Shown here in pieces: positions 41,231-50,746 of a DNA stretch of 64,000 nucleotides. Position numbers and translations under genes: made by a program. The notes beneath the pieces were generated by a model. It did not search any database. It was given only the letters and a program-made list of their open reading frames with translations, and had not been told where the DNA came from. Source of the stretch: a virus; the IMG/VR virus record IMGVR_UViG_3300016476_001289. The stretch is one strand, 5' to 3'. How positions within the stretch are numbered: position 1 is the first letter of the stretch; each line of letters starts with the position of its first letter.

Positions 41231-41749
41231 ATGACTTTAAGATTTAATGAAAATGACACTAACATTGCTAATGGTATTCTTAAATTAGATTCTAATGGTA
41301 GATTACCCATAGATAGAGTCCCTGATCCTTTTAGTATCGACTCTTTAACAGATGTTGATACCACAACTGTAGCACCCACTAATGGTCAAGCTTTGGCTTG
41401 GCAATCTTCTACTAGCCTTTGGATTCCCCAATCCTTTAGTGGTTCTTCAAGAGAAACTATTATTACAACAACAAGTAATGCTTATGTCCCATCTAGCGTT
41501 ACAGGTGCTACTATTGCCATTACTTATATCTTATCACCCACTGCTAATGGTACTGTTACCTTAACTAATATCACAGCATCTGGTAATTCAGGATTAAAAC
41601 TTACTTTTAAAAAGAAAACAGCTTTTTTAATGGCGATTGTCCCCGCTACAGGTGAAACAATAGACGGCTTTTCAGGTGGAACTGATTTGATTCAACAATA
41701 TGCTTCTTTAAGCATTATCTCTGACGGTACTTCTTGGAATATCGTATAA
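41231..41749 (+). CDS. Short fibre protein, paralog of 38705-39787
   Basis: Shared N-terminus and LTDVD motif; C-terminal ETIDG...YASLSIISDGTSWNIV. Confidence 0.75.
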   Translation: MTLRFNENDTNIANGILKLDSNGRLPIDRVPDPFSIDSLTDVDTTTVAPTNGQALAWQSSTSLWIPQSFSGSSRETIITTTSNAYVPSSVTGATIAITYILSPTANGTVTLTNITASGNSGLKLTFKKKTAFLMAIVPATGETIDGFSGGTDLIQQYASLSIISDGTSWNIV

Positions 41750-41760
41750 GGTGTAATAAT

Positions 41761-42186
41761 ATGTCTTTTTTAATAAAACCACCTACTATTATACCAGGTT
41801 TTGCTATCTTTAATGGCACTACCGCCACAGCTAATACTTTTTCTTTTAAAGAAGGTACTTTTACTGCGACATCAGGTAATGGCACAAATACTTTAACTTT
41901 TGGAGGTGGTTTTAGATATATGATCACCTTAGATTTTGCTACACCTAATAGCTTATCTACCTTTGCAAGTTTTAATATCCGTGCTATAAAAACTTATGGG
42001 TCTGTAACAGTCACAGGTAATACTTGTTATTCAAGAGCTAGTCCAACTTTTAGTTTTGATCAAAGTTGGATGTCTTCCATTTGTTTTGATGCACATTCAG
42101 ATTTCACTCTTAGTCTTATCTATACCTATAATAGTCAAAGAGTTTCTTCATCTTGTTTAATATCTATTTGGAGGTTTCCATTATGA
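41761..42186 (+). CDS. Small fibre-associated protein
   Basis: Start shifted to MSFLIK; C-terminal ISIWRF resembles LIWRI of 39800. Confidence 0.55.
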   Translation: MSFLIKPPTIIPGFAIFNGTTATANTFSFKEGTFTATSGNGTNTLTFGGGFRYMITLDFATPNSLSTFASFNIRAIKTYGSVTVTGNTCYSRASPTFSFDQSWMSSICFDAHSDFTLSLIYTYNSQRVSSSCLISIWRFPL

Positions 42187-42593
42187 GTTATGAAGGTTCT
42201 ACAAGTCGTGCCACTCGATCAGTATGGCGACACCTATCTCAAGGCTATTCTTCAGCACCCCTTGCACAAATGACAGCTTCTTATCAAAGTGGTGGTTCAG
42301 GTTCACCACAAAGAATTAAAAATACTTTTAATTTAGATGTTATTAGTCTTCAAAGTAGAGTAGTGTATACCACGACTAGTTATACCCACCATCTTGGATC
42401 GCCAATCAATAGTAATGATGTTGTTAATGGCTGGTGTATGGTTGATTCTAATAGCACTCTTAATGAAAGATGGTATCCACCTTATTCTATGGGGATTGCT
42501 AGTGTTAGATTTAATGTCTATACAAATTTTTCCCATAATGCTAATGGTACTTCAGGTCTTACTGGAACTGTATGGTCTATTTTAGAATGGTAA
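42183..42593 (+). CDS. Small fibre-associated protein
   Basis: GGAGG RBS before MSYEGS; ATGA overlap. Confidence 0.55.
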   Translation: MSYEGSTSRATRSVWRHLSQGYSSAPLAQMTASYQSGGSGSPQRIKNTFNLDVISLQSRVVYTTTSYTHHLGSPINSNDVVNGWCMVDSNSTLNERWYPPYSMGIASVRFNVYTNFSHNANGTSGLTGTVWSILEW

Positions 42594-42600
42594 TCTTATT

Positions 42601-43566
42601 ATGAGCTATATCCCCACACAAACTTTAAATATGAGTCTTTTTTCTCTTGAAACCAGCTTTGATTCTGTTCCGGGTACTCAAGACCCTACTTATAACCCAC
42701 TTATTGTAGATGGTCTTGAAATACATGGTTTTCTTGATAGGCAAACGCATATCTCAGGTAAATATATTGAAGGCATTACAGTAGACCCCACAGGTATCTA
42801 TTTACCACAGGGATACTCTTATATCCTAGATCCTTATATTTATTATTCATCAGGCACTACTTATCAACCTTCTCCTTATTTTAGTTGGATTATTGATGGT
42901 GTTGAAGATACTACCCTTAAATTTGCTAGTCATTATGCTACCGATGTTGGTGTTACCGCACCTAATACAGCTACAGGTAGGGGTTATAGGGGATTAAAAT
43001 ATATTGATTGTTCTTCAGCATCTAAGGTCATAAAATTAAAAGCTCAAGGTGTTTGGTCAAGTATGGGTAATGTTTATTTTGATAATCAACAGACTAATGC
43101 TGTTTTAACTTCTACCCATAAAAGCCATATTCTTGTTTATGCTATCCCCAGTGCTGATATTTCTAACCCATCTGTTACTTCTTTAGATATGTCTTTTACT
43201 AGCTTAGGAACTTCAGGTTCTTATTCTACTAATGCTTTTTTCTTAGGTGCTACTTTACAAACGATTCAATTACCTACTGAAGCACTTAATAAATATTGTA
43301 TCTACAACCCACCTAATACACCTACCCCCGCTAATGATACTAACTATCTTACACCTACAAACCCCAGTGTAGGTGATTTTATAGGTTTAATGATTGCTAG
43401 GGGTGCTGTATCTACCACCGCCACCGTAAGTTGTAGTTCCCCAGCACAAACATTATTAACAGCCACTAGCGCATCTAATACTAATACTTGTTATATGTGG
43501 CAATGGACAGGTATTAGATGGGTTGAAATCCCCTTTTCTACCTTCGGTCTTGTTAAAATACCTTAA
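42601..43566 (+). CDS. Fibre-associated protein
   Basis: 321 aa; GIYLPQGYSY; C-terminal PTNPSVGD...WQWTGIRW. Confidence 0.6.
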   Translation: MSYIPTQTLNMSLFSLETSFDSVPGTQDPTYNPLIVDGLEIHGFLDRQTHISGKYIEGITVDPTGIYLPQGYSYILDPYIYYSSGTTYQPSPYFSWIIDGVEDTTLKFASHYATDVGVTAPNTATGRGYRGLKYIDCSSASKVIKLKAQGVWSSMGNVYFDNQQTNAVLTSTHKSHILVYAIPSADISNPSVTSLDMSFTSLGTSGSYSTNAFFLGATLQTIQLPTEALNKYCIYNPPNTPTPANDTNYLTPTNPSVGDFIGLMIARGAVSTTATVSCSSPAQTLLTATSASNTNTCYMWQWTGIRWVEIPFSTFGLVKIP

Positions 43567-43583
43567 TTTTCGAGGGTCCGCAT

Positions 43584-44360
43584 TCACCCCATTATCTCTC
43601 TTATTTTCTTAGCAAAGAATTCTCTCAAGGGTGGCAACGCTAATGATTTATTCTTATACTCACTATATATCACACCACTAGATCTTAATATCCTTATCTT
43701 CCAAATATGCCCTTCTCTATTTATATCCATATATCCTTGAAACCCATTTTTAAACTCTATATAATACTCAGACCCATTCTCTATATGATTCTCTGTCTTT
43801 AATGTTATTTCATACTTCACTAATATACTCTTTAAAGTACTTATAAAATACTCATAAGGATCATTCCCTATCTTCTTCATAAAATCACCTAAAAACTCTT
43901 TTATATATGGGACATTAGGTATATCAGATTCTGCTTTTTCTATATATTCTCCCATAACATTATATAATGTTATCTCCCAATTATACTTATATTCTTTTTC
44001 TTGTATGCGGACCACATCTAATCTCACTTTTACTAAATACCCATTTGGCGAAGTCGCTTTAACATTCCATACAATATAATCTTTTAACCTTAAACTACCC
44101 TCTGTTCTCTCCACTATATTAAAACTATTTCTATTTAATATCTGTCTCACCGTACTCGTTATATAATTATAACTATCATTTTCTAACTTACTAGGATTCT
44201 TTTTTTTATTCCTATATTTAGATACACATATATTACATACACCATATCCTTCTTTTTTATCTTGATTCCACTTCATAGCCCCTTTTTCACCTAAATCTAC
44301 TTCACCATAACATATACTACACTTTAAGCTATTAGACTTGTCTTGTTCTGTGTTATCCAT
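43584..44360 (-). CDS. Hypothetical protein with N-terminal CxxC...CxxC zinc motif
   Basis: CSIC ... CNIC; 258 aa. Confidence 0.65.
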   Translation of the reverse strand: MDNTEQDKSNSLKCSICYGEVDLGEKGAMKWNQDKKEGYGVCNICVSKYRNKKKNPSKLENDSYNYITSTVRQILNRNSFNIVERTEGSLRLKDYIVWNVKATSPNGYLVKVRLDVVRIQEKEYKYNWEITLYNVMGEYIEKAESDIPNVPYIKEFLGDFMKKIGNDPYEYFISTLKSILVKYEITLKTENHIENGSEYYIEFKNGFQGYMDINREGHIWKIRILRSSGVIYSEYKNKSLALPPLREFFAKKIREIMG

Positions 44361-45196
44361 ATCGACTTCTCCTTTATGTTAGCTATTTCTCTTCCATTTA
44401 AATCCACCTGAAATAAAGACCCTTTATGTGTATTAGAATTTAATCTATATTCTTCTTTTGAATGATTAAAATATAAATTACCTAAACCATACATTATTAG
44501 TTTACCATGATATATGCCATATCTTTGTCTTACATGAGAACCATGACCCATTATTATATCACTCCCACCTTTGTCTATTAACCCCTTAGCAAATTCACTT
44601 TGCCACCTTTCAGGGATTAACTTATATTCCTTCCCCCAATGTATTGAATTTATTATCACATACTCAGGATATAACACCCTATACATTTTGATTATATCTA
44701 TATAATTATTTCTCCCATCTAATGTTAATACATTAGCCACATGACCCCTACTACCTGAATATATTGTCGTTACACTAAAAAACAATATCTTTTTATCATG
44801 ATCTATATAAGGCTCATATCTATCACCATATATAGAAGCACCACTATATCCTATGTTGTTATTCTCTAATATCTCTAAGGTCTCTTTTATCCCACTTGGT
44901 GAGAAATCTCCACTATGATTATTAGCAAATGATACTAAATCTACTTTACCATTTACTAATGCCCTTACACTATCTGGTCTCCCTCTTAAATATACATCAC
45001 CTTCTTTTTTTCTCTTCTCATGTTCACCATTACATATAGGATTCTCTAGATTCACTATAAATAAATCCCTCTTTATAGAATTTAGATCATTTAAAGGTGT
45101 TAATAGATTATATTCTATATATGTCTGATCTTCCATTGTATATCGACCAAACATCACATCACCACCAAATAATAGTCTTATATTCATCTTATTCAC
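44324..45196 (-). CDS. CapA/PGA_cap family metallophosphatase-like protein
   Basis: GGDVM, VNLENP, SFANNH..D, SIHWGKEY, IMGHGSHV, YGLGN. Confidence 0.9.
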   Translation of the reverse strand: MNKMNIRLLFGGDVMFGRYTMEDQTYIEYNLLTPLNDLNSIKRDLFIVNLENPICNGEHEKRKKEGDVYLRGRPDSVRALVNGKVDLVSFANNHSGDFSPSGIKETLEILENNNIGYSGASIYGDRYEPYIDHDKKILFFSVTTIYSGSRGHVANVLTLDGRNNYIDIIKMYRVLYPEYVIINSIHWGKEYKLIPERWQSEFAKGLIDKGGSDIIMGHGSHVRQRYGIYHGKLIMYGLGNLYFNHSKEEYRLNSNTHKGSLFQVDLNGREIANIKEKSIWITQNKTSLIA

Positions 45197-45231
45197 CTCT
45201 TATTTTATACTAATAGGTGAATATAAACTAC

Positions 45232-45474
45232 TTAGTGTTTTATTGACTCTTTAAATGCTTCCCATTTTTCTCTATCATAATTATATATCTGTGGGTCTAA
45301 AAATTCTAATCTTTCTACATTCCTATCTACTATAAAGATTACATGATTCCCAAACCATTTTGATACTGGTAACCATAAGATATAATCATATTCTTTAGGT
45401 AACACCATATATAACGACTCATTCACTATTGATATCACTTCTTCATTTTTTACCACAAATAAGGTCTTTTCCAT
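45232..45474 (-). CDS. Small hypothetical protein
   Basis: 80 aa, co-oriented. Confidence 0.55.
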   Translation of the reverse strand: MEKTLFVVKNEEVISIVNESLYMVLPKEYDYILWLPVSKWFGNHVIFIVDRNVERLEFLDPQIYNYDREKWEAFKESIKH

Positions 45475-45566
45475 ATTCTTATACTCTCTATTTTTTTCTC
45501 TTTATTTATTATACTTATATAAGTTGTATATTACTACTTTTTCCCACTATCTATGGAGATATTATC

Positions 45567-46010
45567 ATGGCAGAAAAACTTCTCACAGCCAATGAAAAGA
45601 CACAGGGTAAGCCTTTTCCGAACTTCAGTTTCGCAGAGCTCGAATTCTATTCTAGAATCCCTTCTGAATTAATACCTAATGCTACAACCTTATTAAAGAA
45701 TCTTCAAGCTCTTAGAGATGCTTGTGGTAAACCTATTGTAATACGATCAGGATATCGAGACGAATCTCGTCAAGCTATTGTTAACGAAAAAGTCAAAAAG
45801 TCGCAGCATTCCCTGGCTGCGGCATCGGACATTACAATTAAAGGTATGACACCTAAAGAAGTAGCAAATCTTATAGAAAAATTAATTTCTGAAAAAAAAA
45901 TGGATGAGGGCGGCATAGGCGTATATTCAGATTTTGTTCATTACGACTGTCGTTGCAACTTGACAGTTGCTAAGGATTTTCCCACAGCTCGTGCTAGATG
46001 GAATGGCTAA
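45567..46010 (+). CDS. Peptidase M15A-like (D-Ala-D-Ala carboxypeptidase/endolysin fold)
   Basis: PNFS..E, LRD..GKPI.I.SGYR, SQH....A.DI, GGIGVY.DFVH.D; GGAG RBS before MAEK. Confidence 0.88.
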   Translation: MAEKLLTANEKTQGKPFPNFSFAELEFYSRIPSELIPNATTLLKNLQALRDACGKPIVIRSGYRDESRQAIVNEKVKKSQHSLAAASDITIKGMTPKEVANLIEKLISEKKMDEGGIGVYSDFVHYDCRCNLTVAKDFPTARARWNG

Positions 46011-49000
46011 ATAAACTCTTTGAAGAGTTCCTCCATAGGAGATGAAATAACTTCTTCTTTAACTTCTTCAATATTTTCTACAAGTTCTAAAACAAGAGAT
46101 TCAGGTGATAAAATAGAAAGAGTCTCTTTAATAGTTAGAATGACATTATTAAGTTCACCTAGTTCTTCTAAAGAGAGTGTTTTACCTTTTCTATCATTTA
46201 GGTAGTTCTTGATAGGAAAAAAAGAACCTACTTTATATAGCCATACTGCTTTAGGAACATCCTTAAAATAAGAGGTATTATTAATATAAAGATTATTGCC
46301 CTTAAACTTAAAAGAAGAAATAGTATAGTCTTTACCTGAGAAGGTTTTATATAATGGGGTGTTAATAGATGGAGTTAAGTTCATATGAAGAACTCTTAAT
46401 TTCCTACCTATCTCTTTATGATAGGTGAAGGTATCCATAGAATCAGGGTAAGGTATTCTAGGATAATCTAATTTGAGAAATTCATTATATTGAGTGATAT
46501 AGGTGGAGTCATGTAGGATACCATAGCAGTAATCAATAATATCTATAGCTTCTATATTAGAATCCAATTTTTTAAATACAGTAGTAATGTGTAAGGTGTC
46601 GATATTTTCTTTAATTTGTGTACCACCATAAATACCCATAGGGTCTTCTACATGAACTAAGAAAGGGGCGGAATATACTCGATTTCCCCCTTTAAAAATT
46701 TTATGCTCTATAGGATGCTTTGAAATAAAAATATGAGAAAAGGAATCTTTTTCTTGGGGTGTCTTAGTATAAGAAATATAAAAGTTTTCTTTAATATCTA
46801 CTTGTTTAACAAGTTCTAAAGATGACGAAGATGTTAAATCGGAATCAAAATAAAATCGGTTATCATAACAGCGATAACAGATTTGTCGATACTCTCCCTT
46901 ACCTTTTTTAGCTAAATTCCCCCTATCTTTAATTTCGGTATTAGGTGGTAATTTATCACTATCTATAAAGTCTTTGATTTTCTTTTCTAGGTCTTTTTTA
47001 TTACTGTCAATAACAAGGGTGTCACAAGAAGTGGTAATACCTGTTTGTTTGACATCAAAAAGATCATGTAAAGAAAAAGTATTAATTGAGTCGGAATAGA
47101 CTTCATAGATGGTTTCTTCAAGAGGACAGAAAAACTTTTCTTTTGTAAAGATAGGAAGTTCGGTGAAAGAAATATCTTTAATAGTATTTTCTTTTAAGTA
47201 TTTTAATTTCTCTTCTTTAGAACCTATTAAATCTCTATAAAAGACTTTACCTAAAGAATGGGGTTTCTTTTTACCTGTTTTCACAAAGAAAGAAATACAA
47301 ACAGATGCTTTAATTTCAAAAACATTCTCACCCTTAATATTAAGGATATAAATCTCATCAAAAGATTTAAGGAGAGACTCCCTAACCCCCAACATGGTAG
47401 GGGCCATCAGAAAAGAGTTGTTGGTTATATAGGTAAGAACACCAAAACCAGTATTGTCTATAAAATACTGACCATATCGGATAAACTTGATGTAATCATC
47501 TTGTATTCTGCCTTTACCATAAGAGGATATGAGGTTTTGAATAAAATCGGATTTATTTGTAGAGTGAGCTAAATAAGGAGGATTACCTATAACTAGAGAA
47601 ATAGGTTTATTTCTAGTTTCTTGGGTGAGGTTATTTTCTTTAACAAGTTTTTTTAAGAAATTATCTGCTCCTTTAAAGAGACCTTGATTTTCACTAGGGT
47701 CAAGAGAGTCAGTAAGAAACACATTAAGTTTATCTATTTTCTTAATACCTGTTTTTTCAATTTCTTCAATAACATTGAGTCTTGCTAAGGTGTAAGCAAT
47801 AACCATTACTTCAAAGGCATTAAGTCTATCCATAAGACTAGGTGAATATAATTCCCAGTTATATTCTTTCATTTCAGTATGTATATACTGAACTATTCTT
47901 CTTAGGTAGTTACCTGTCCCTGTAGCAGGGTCTAGGATTTGAACTTTATATTGAGATTTGCCTTTTGAATCTATATATTTTTCATCAGAACAGATGCCTT
48001 CTGTGATTCCTAATTTATCTTTAAAAAGATCATCAGCAGATTTTATCATGAAATCAACAATTTCAACTGGAGTGTACCATACTCCTTTTTCTTTTTTCAT
48101 TTGTTTATTATATTGCTCAAGAAAATTTTCATAGAAGTAGGTAGTATCGAAGTCTGTAATATTACTAGAGATGTTATTTAACAAGCTCACAATAGACTCT
48201 AAAACTAACAATAAGTCATTTTCAATATTACTAATTTCACCTGACTCATCAGTGATTGCTTTTTTCAAAAAGAACTTAAGTAATTCATGAATAGATGGGA
48301 TGTTTTCATGAGATTCTTTTAAAGAGAAAGGCTTACTTGTTTTAATAGAATGGTGTTTAGCATAAGATAAACCATAGATAATAATTTGAGCATACAAAGA
48401 AGCAAATTCTTCTTCAGATAGAGAAGTGATAAGATTATCTTTAAAGAGATCAAATTCTTCATGTATCTTAGTACTTACTGATTTGTTTTGTAGTTTAGAC
48501 AATACAAGAGTATCTAATATTTTAGCTTTCTCTGCTAAGAGATAAGCGAGTTCTTGTGATGAACTGATAGGAATAGGTTCTTTAGCATATCCTTTGATTT
48601 GTTCTATCATAAGAGATACTGTTTCTAATCCTGAGTTATCAAAGAGACCTTCTTTAAGAGAGTAAAGCATAAATTGGTTTCCTTTGTCATAAGAAGAATG
48701 GTTCTTTTTAAGAAATTTAAAGTCTTCAAAGTTAGTGTAAATAAGATTAGGATAGTTTTTCATATACCTAACTATTTGTTCTGTATCCTCAGGTAAGGGG
48801 TCTTGGTAATTCTTAGCTTCTAGATAGAAGACTATCTTCCCATCATATTCACCACAAAGATCTACTTTATCTGTATCTTTACAATTTCTAGGTTGGATTA
48901 CAAAATTATACTCTGGAAATAATTTTTGAAGGAACTCTTCTTTAAAGGTAGCAAGACAGTCATCTTCACCTGAGATGCCTTTCTTTTTCTTTTGTTCCAT

Positions 49001-49042
49001 TATATTCTTAAAATTTTTAGCAATTTTGATTTGTTCTTGCAT
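46007..49042 (-). CDS. Fused restriction-modification enzyme (Type IIG / Type ISP-like: nuclease + N6-MTase + specificity domain)
   Basis: N-terminal D..D...LEAK nuclease motif; GVWYTP, ILDPATGTG, GNPPY; C-terminal FLKLDYPRIP...GRKLRVLH. Confidence 0.85.
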   Translation of the reverse strand: MQEQIKIAKNFKNIMEQKKKKGISGEDDCLATFKEEFLQKLFPEYNFVIQPRNCKDTDKVDLCGEYDGKIVFYLEAKNYQDPLPEDTEQIVRYMKNYPNLIYTNFEDFKFLKKNHSSYDKGNQFMLYSLKEGLFDNSGLETVSLMIEQIKGYAKEPIPISSSQELAYLLAEKAKILDTLVLSKLQNKSVSTKIHEEFDLFKDNLITSLSEEEFASLYAQIIIYGLSYAKHHSIKTSKPFSLKESHENIPSIHELLKFFLKKAITDESGEISNIENDLLLVLESIVSLLNNISSNITDFDTTYFYENFLEQYNKQMKKEKGVWYTPVEIVDFMIKSADDLFKDKLGITEGICSDEKYIDSKGKSQYKVQILDPATGTGNYLRRIVQYIHTEMKEYNWELYSPSLMDRLNAFEVMVIAYTLARLNVIEEIEKTGIKKIDKLNVFLTDSLDPSENQGLFKGADNFLKKLVKENNLTQETRNKPISLVIGNPPYLAHSTNKSDFIQNLISSYGKGRIQDDYIKFIRYGQYFIDNTGFGVLTYITNNSFLMAPTMLGVRESLLKSFDEIYILNIKGENVFEIKASVCISFFVKTGKKKPHSLGKVFYRDLIGSKEEKLKYLKENTIKDISFTELPIFTKEKFFCPLEETIYEVYSDSINTFSLHDLFDVKQTGITTSCDTLVIDSNKKDLEKKIKDFIDSDKLPPNTEIKDRGNLAKKGKGEYRQICYRCYDNRFYFDSDLTSSSSLELVKQVDIKENFYISYTKTPQEKDSFSHIFISKHPIEHKIFKGGNRVYSAPFLVHVEDPMGIYGGTQIKENIDTLHITTVFKKLDSNIEAIDIIDYCYGILHDSTYITQYNEFLKLDYPRIPYPDSMDTFTYHKEIGRKLRVLHMNLTPSINTPLYKTFSGKDYTISSFKFKGNNLYINNTSYFKDVPKAVWLYKVGSFFPIKNYLNDRKGKTLSLEELGELNNVILTIKETLSILSPESLVLELVENIEEVKEEVISSPMEELFKEFI

Positions 49043-49237
49043 GGTTGTTATGTCCTTTCAAGGACATATTATAGTAATTCGGTATGTCACTCAAGCCATA
49101 AAATTTATCTATAAGAATATTGTAAAAAGAGGGGGATGGAGAGTTTGTTTTAATTCTTCCAAGCAATGTATTATGTTGGAATATTTTTTACATATATGAT
49201 AAAATTTTAAAAATTCATCTAGAAAGGACAAATTAAA

Positions 49238-50176
49238 TTGGAAGAATTTTTAAATAAGATAATTTGTGGTGATTGTATTGAAGTCATGAAAAAGATACCG
49301 GACAATTCAATCGCTGCTTGTATAACAGACCCTCCATATAACTATGAATTTGCAGGACATAAATGGGATAAAGAAGAAATAAAAAGAAGAACAGAGCGAG
49401 TTCAAAACTCTTCTACGCTAGTAAAGAATATGCCCTACGGTAGTAGCTTGTCTGGAGGAGTGAGAAATGAAAGTTGGTACAAAAAGAATCGAGAAAATAT
49501 TGTTGAATATCAAAAATGGGTTGAAGAATGGGGTAAAGAACTTTATAGGATACTGAAGCCTGGAGCATATGTTTTTACATTTAATAGTACTAGAACAGTT
49601 GCCCATATCCAAGTAGGACTTGAAAATGTGGGTTTTTATACTAGAGATATAATAGCATGGAGAAGAAACAGTGGGATACCAAAGGGGTTAAATATAACCA
49701 AAAAACTAGAGAAGATGGGTGTAGAAGATTCTAAAAGATGGGATGGGTGGCATAGTTGTCTCCGAAATGAATGGGAAGCAATATCATTAGTTCAGAAACC
49801 ATTGTCTAATAACTATATTGAAACGATTAACCAATACAAAGTTAGTGTGCTTCATGCGAAAGTAAATGGTAAATTTCAATCAAATATAATTGAGGATATA
49901 AAGAGAGATTCAAAAGATGATTTCAATGACCACATAACAGTGAAACCCGTAGATTTAATAAAAATGTTGATTGAGATGTCAGTTCCAAAATACGAAGACA
50001 ACTTAGTTATAGATCCTTTCATGGGATCTGGTACAACGGCAGTGGCAGCTTCAAGTTTAGGGGTAGGATTTGTTGGGGTTGAGATTGATAGTGGATATGT
50101 TGAAATAGCACAGAAACGATTGGATAAGGGAGTTGAGAGTATAGATTTATCCTTTGATGGTGAAGAAGAGGATTAG
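49238..50176 (+). CDS. DNA methyltransferase, N4/N6 beta class
   Basis: ITDPPY ... HITVKP ... IDPFMGSGTT; TTG start with AAAGGA RBS. Confidence 0.92.
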   Translation: MEEFLNKIICGDCIEVMKKIPDNSIAACITDPPYNYEFAGHKWDKEEIKRRTERVQNSSTLVKNMPYGSSLSGGVRNESWYKKNRENIVEYQKWVEEWGKELYRILKPGAYVFTFNSTRTVAHIQVGLENVGFYTRDIIAWRRNSGIPKGLNITKKLEKMGVEDSKRWDGWHSCLRNEWEAISLVQKPLSNNYIETINQYKVSVLHAKVNGKFQSNIIEDIKRDSKDDFNDHITVKPVDLIKMLIEMSVPKYEDNLVIDPFMGSGTTAVAASSLGVGFVGVEIDSGYVEIAQKRLDKGVESIDLSFDGEEED

Positions 50177-50184
50177 TGGTGGGG

Positions 50185-50658
50185 TTAATCAAATCTACAC
50201 ATATCATGAATTTCTTGAATAGATTCTCTCATTAATTTCTCTTCTTTTTCTCGTTTTTCCATATTATCAAACCATTCTTTTTCGTTTTTTTCATACTCAG
50301 CTTCATCTCGACACATTTGTTCATATTCTTTAACTTCTTCAAGATATACAGGATCAGGAAAAGAGACCCATCTAAAGAAAAAATGTCCTTCTAATTGAAG
50401 ATTTTGACAATAGGACATGAGAGAATATTTAAAAATAGATCGGAAGAGAGGGGTGAGTTCGGCTTCTTTTAGGGGATGGTCATAGATAGTTTCGGGTGGT
50501 GGTGTCTCAATTAAATTTTTTGCACAGAGTAAAAAATCTTTGAGTACTTCAATTTTAAGAGAGCCATCTTCATAATAGTCATCTGAAAAGAAAGAGTATT
50601 GATAGATGATATGATCTTTTTCAATTTGGATATGGGAGATGATATAAGGTGTAATCAT
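50185..50658 (-). CDS. Hypothetical protein, paralog of 52185-52736
   Basis: Shared SLK.E.L.D, PPETIYD.PL.E.E..P, RW.S.P. Confidence 0.75.
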   Translation of the reverse strand: MITPYIISHIQIEKDHIIYQYSFFSDDYYEDGSLKIEVLKDFLLCAKNLIETPPPETIYDHPLKEAELTPLFRSIFKYSLMSYCQNLQLEGHFFFRWVSFPDPVYLEEVKEYEQMCRDEAEYEKNEKEWFDNMEKREKEEKLMRESIQEIHDMCRFD

Positions 50659-50746
50659 GAGTAATCCTTTTTAGGTAGTGGTCTCTTTATATTATATTTA
50701 TATAATACACCATTATAGAAAAAACCTAAAAAAAGGATACCCTAAA

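Noticed and set aside
18713-41927. Antisense and alternative-frame ORFs within the fibre genes
   Set aside because: Shadow frames of repetitive coding sequence with no RBS or motifs
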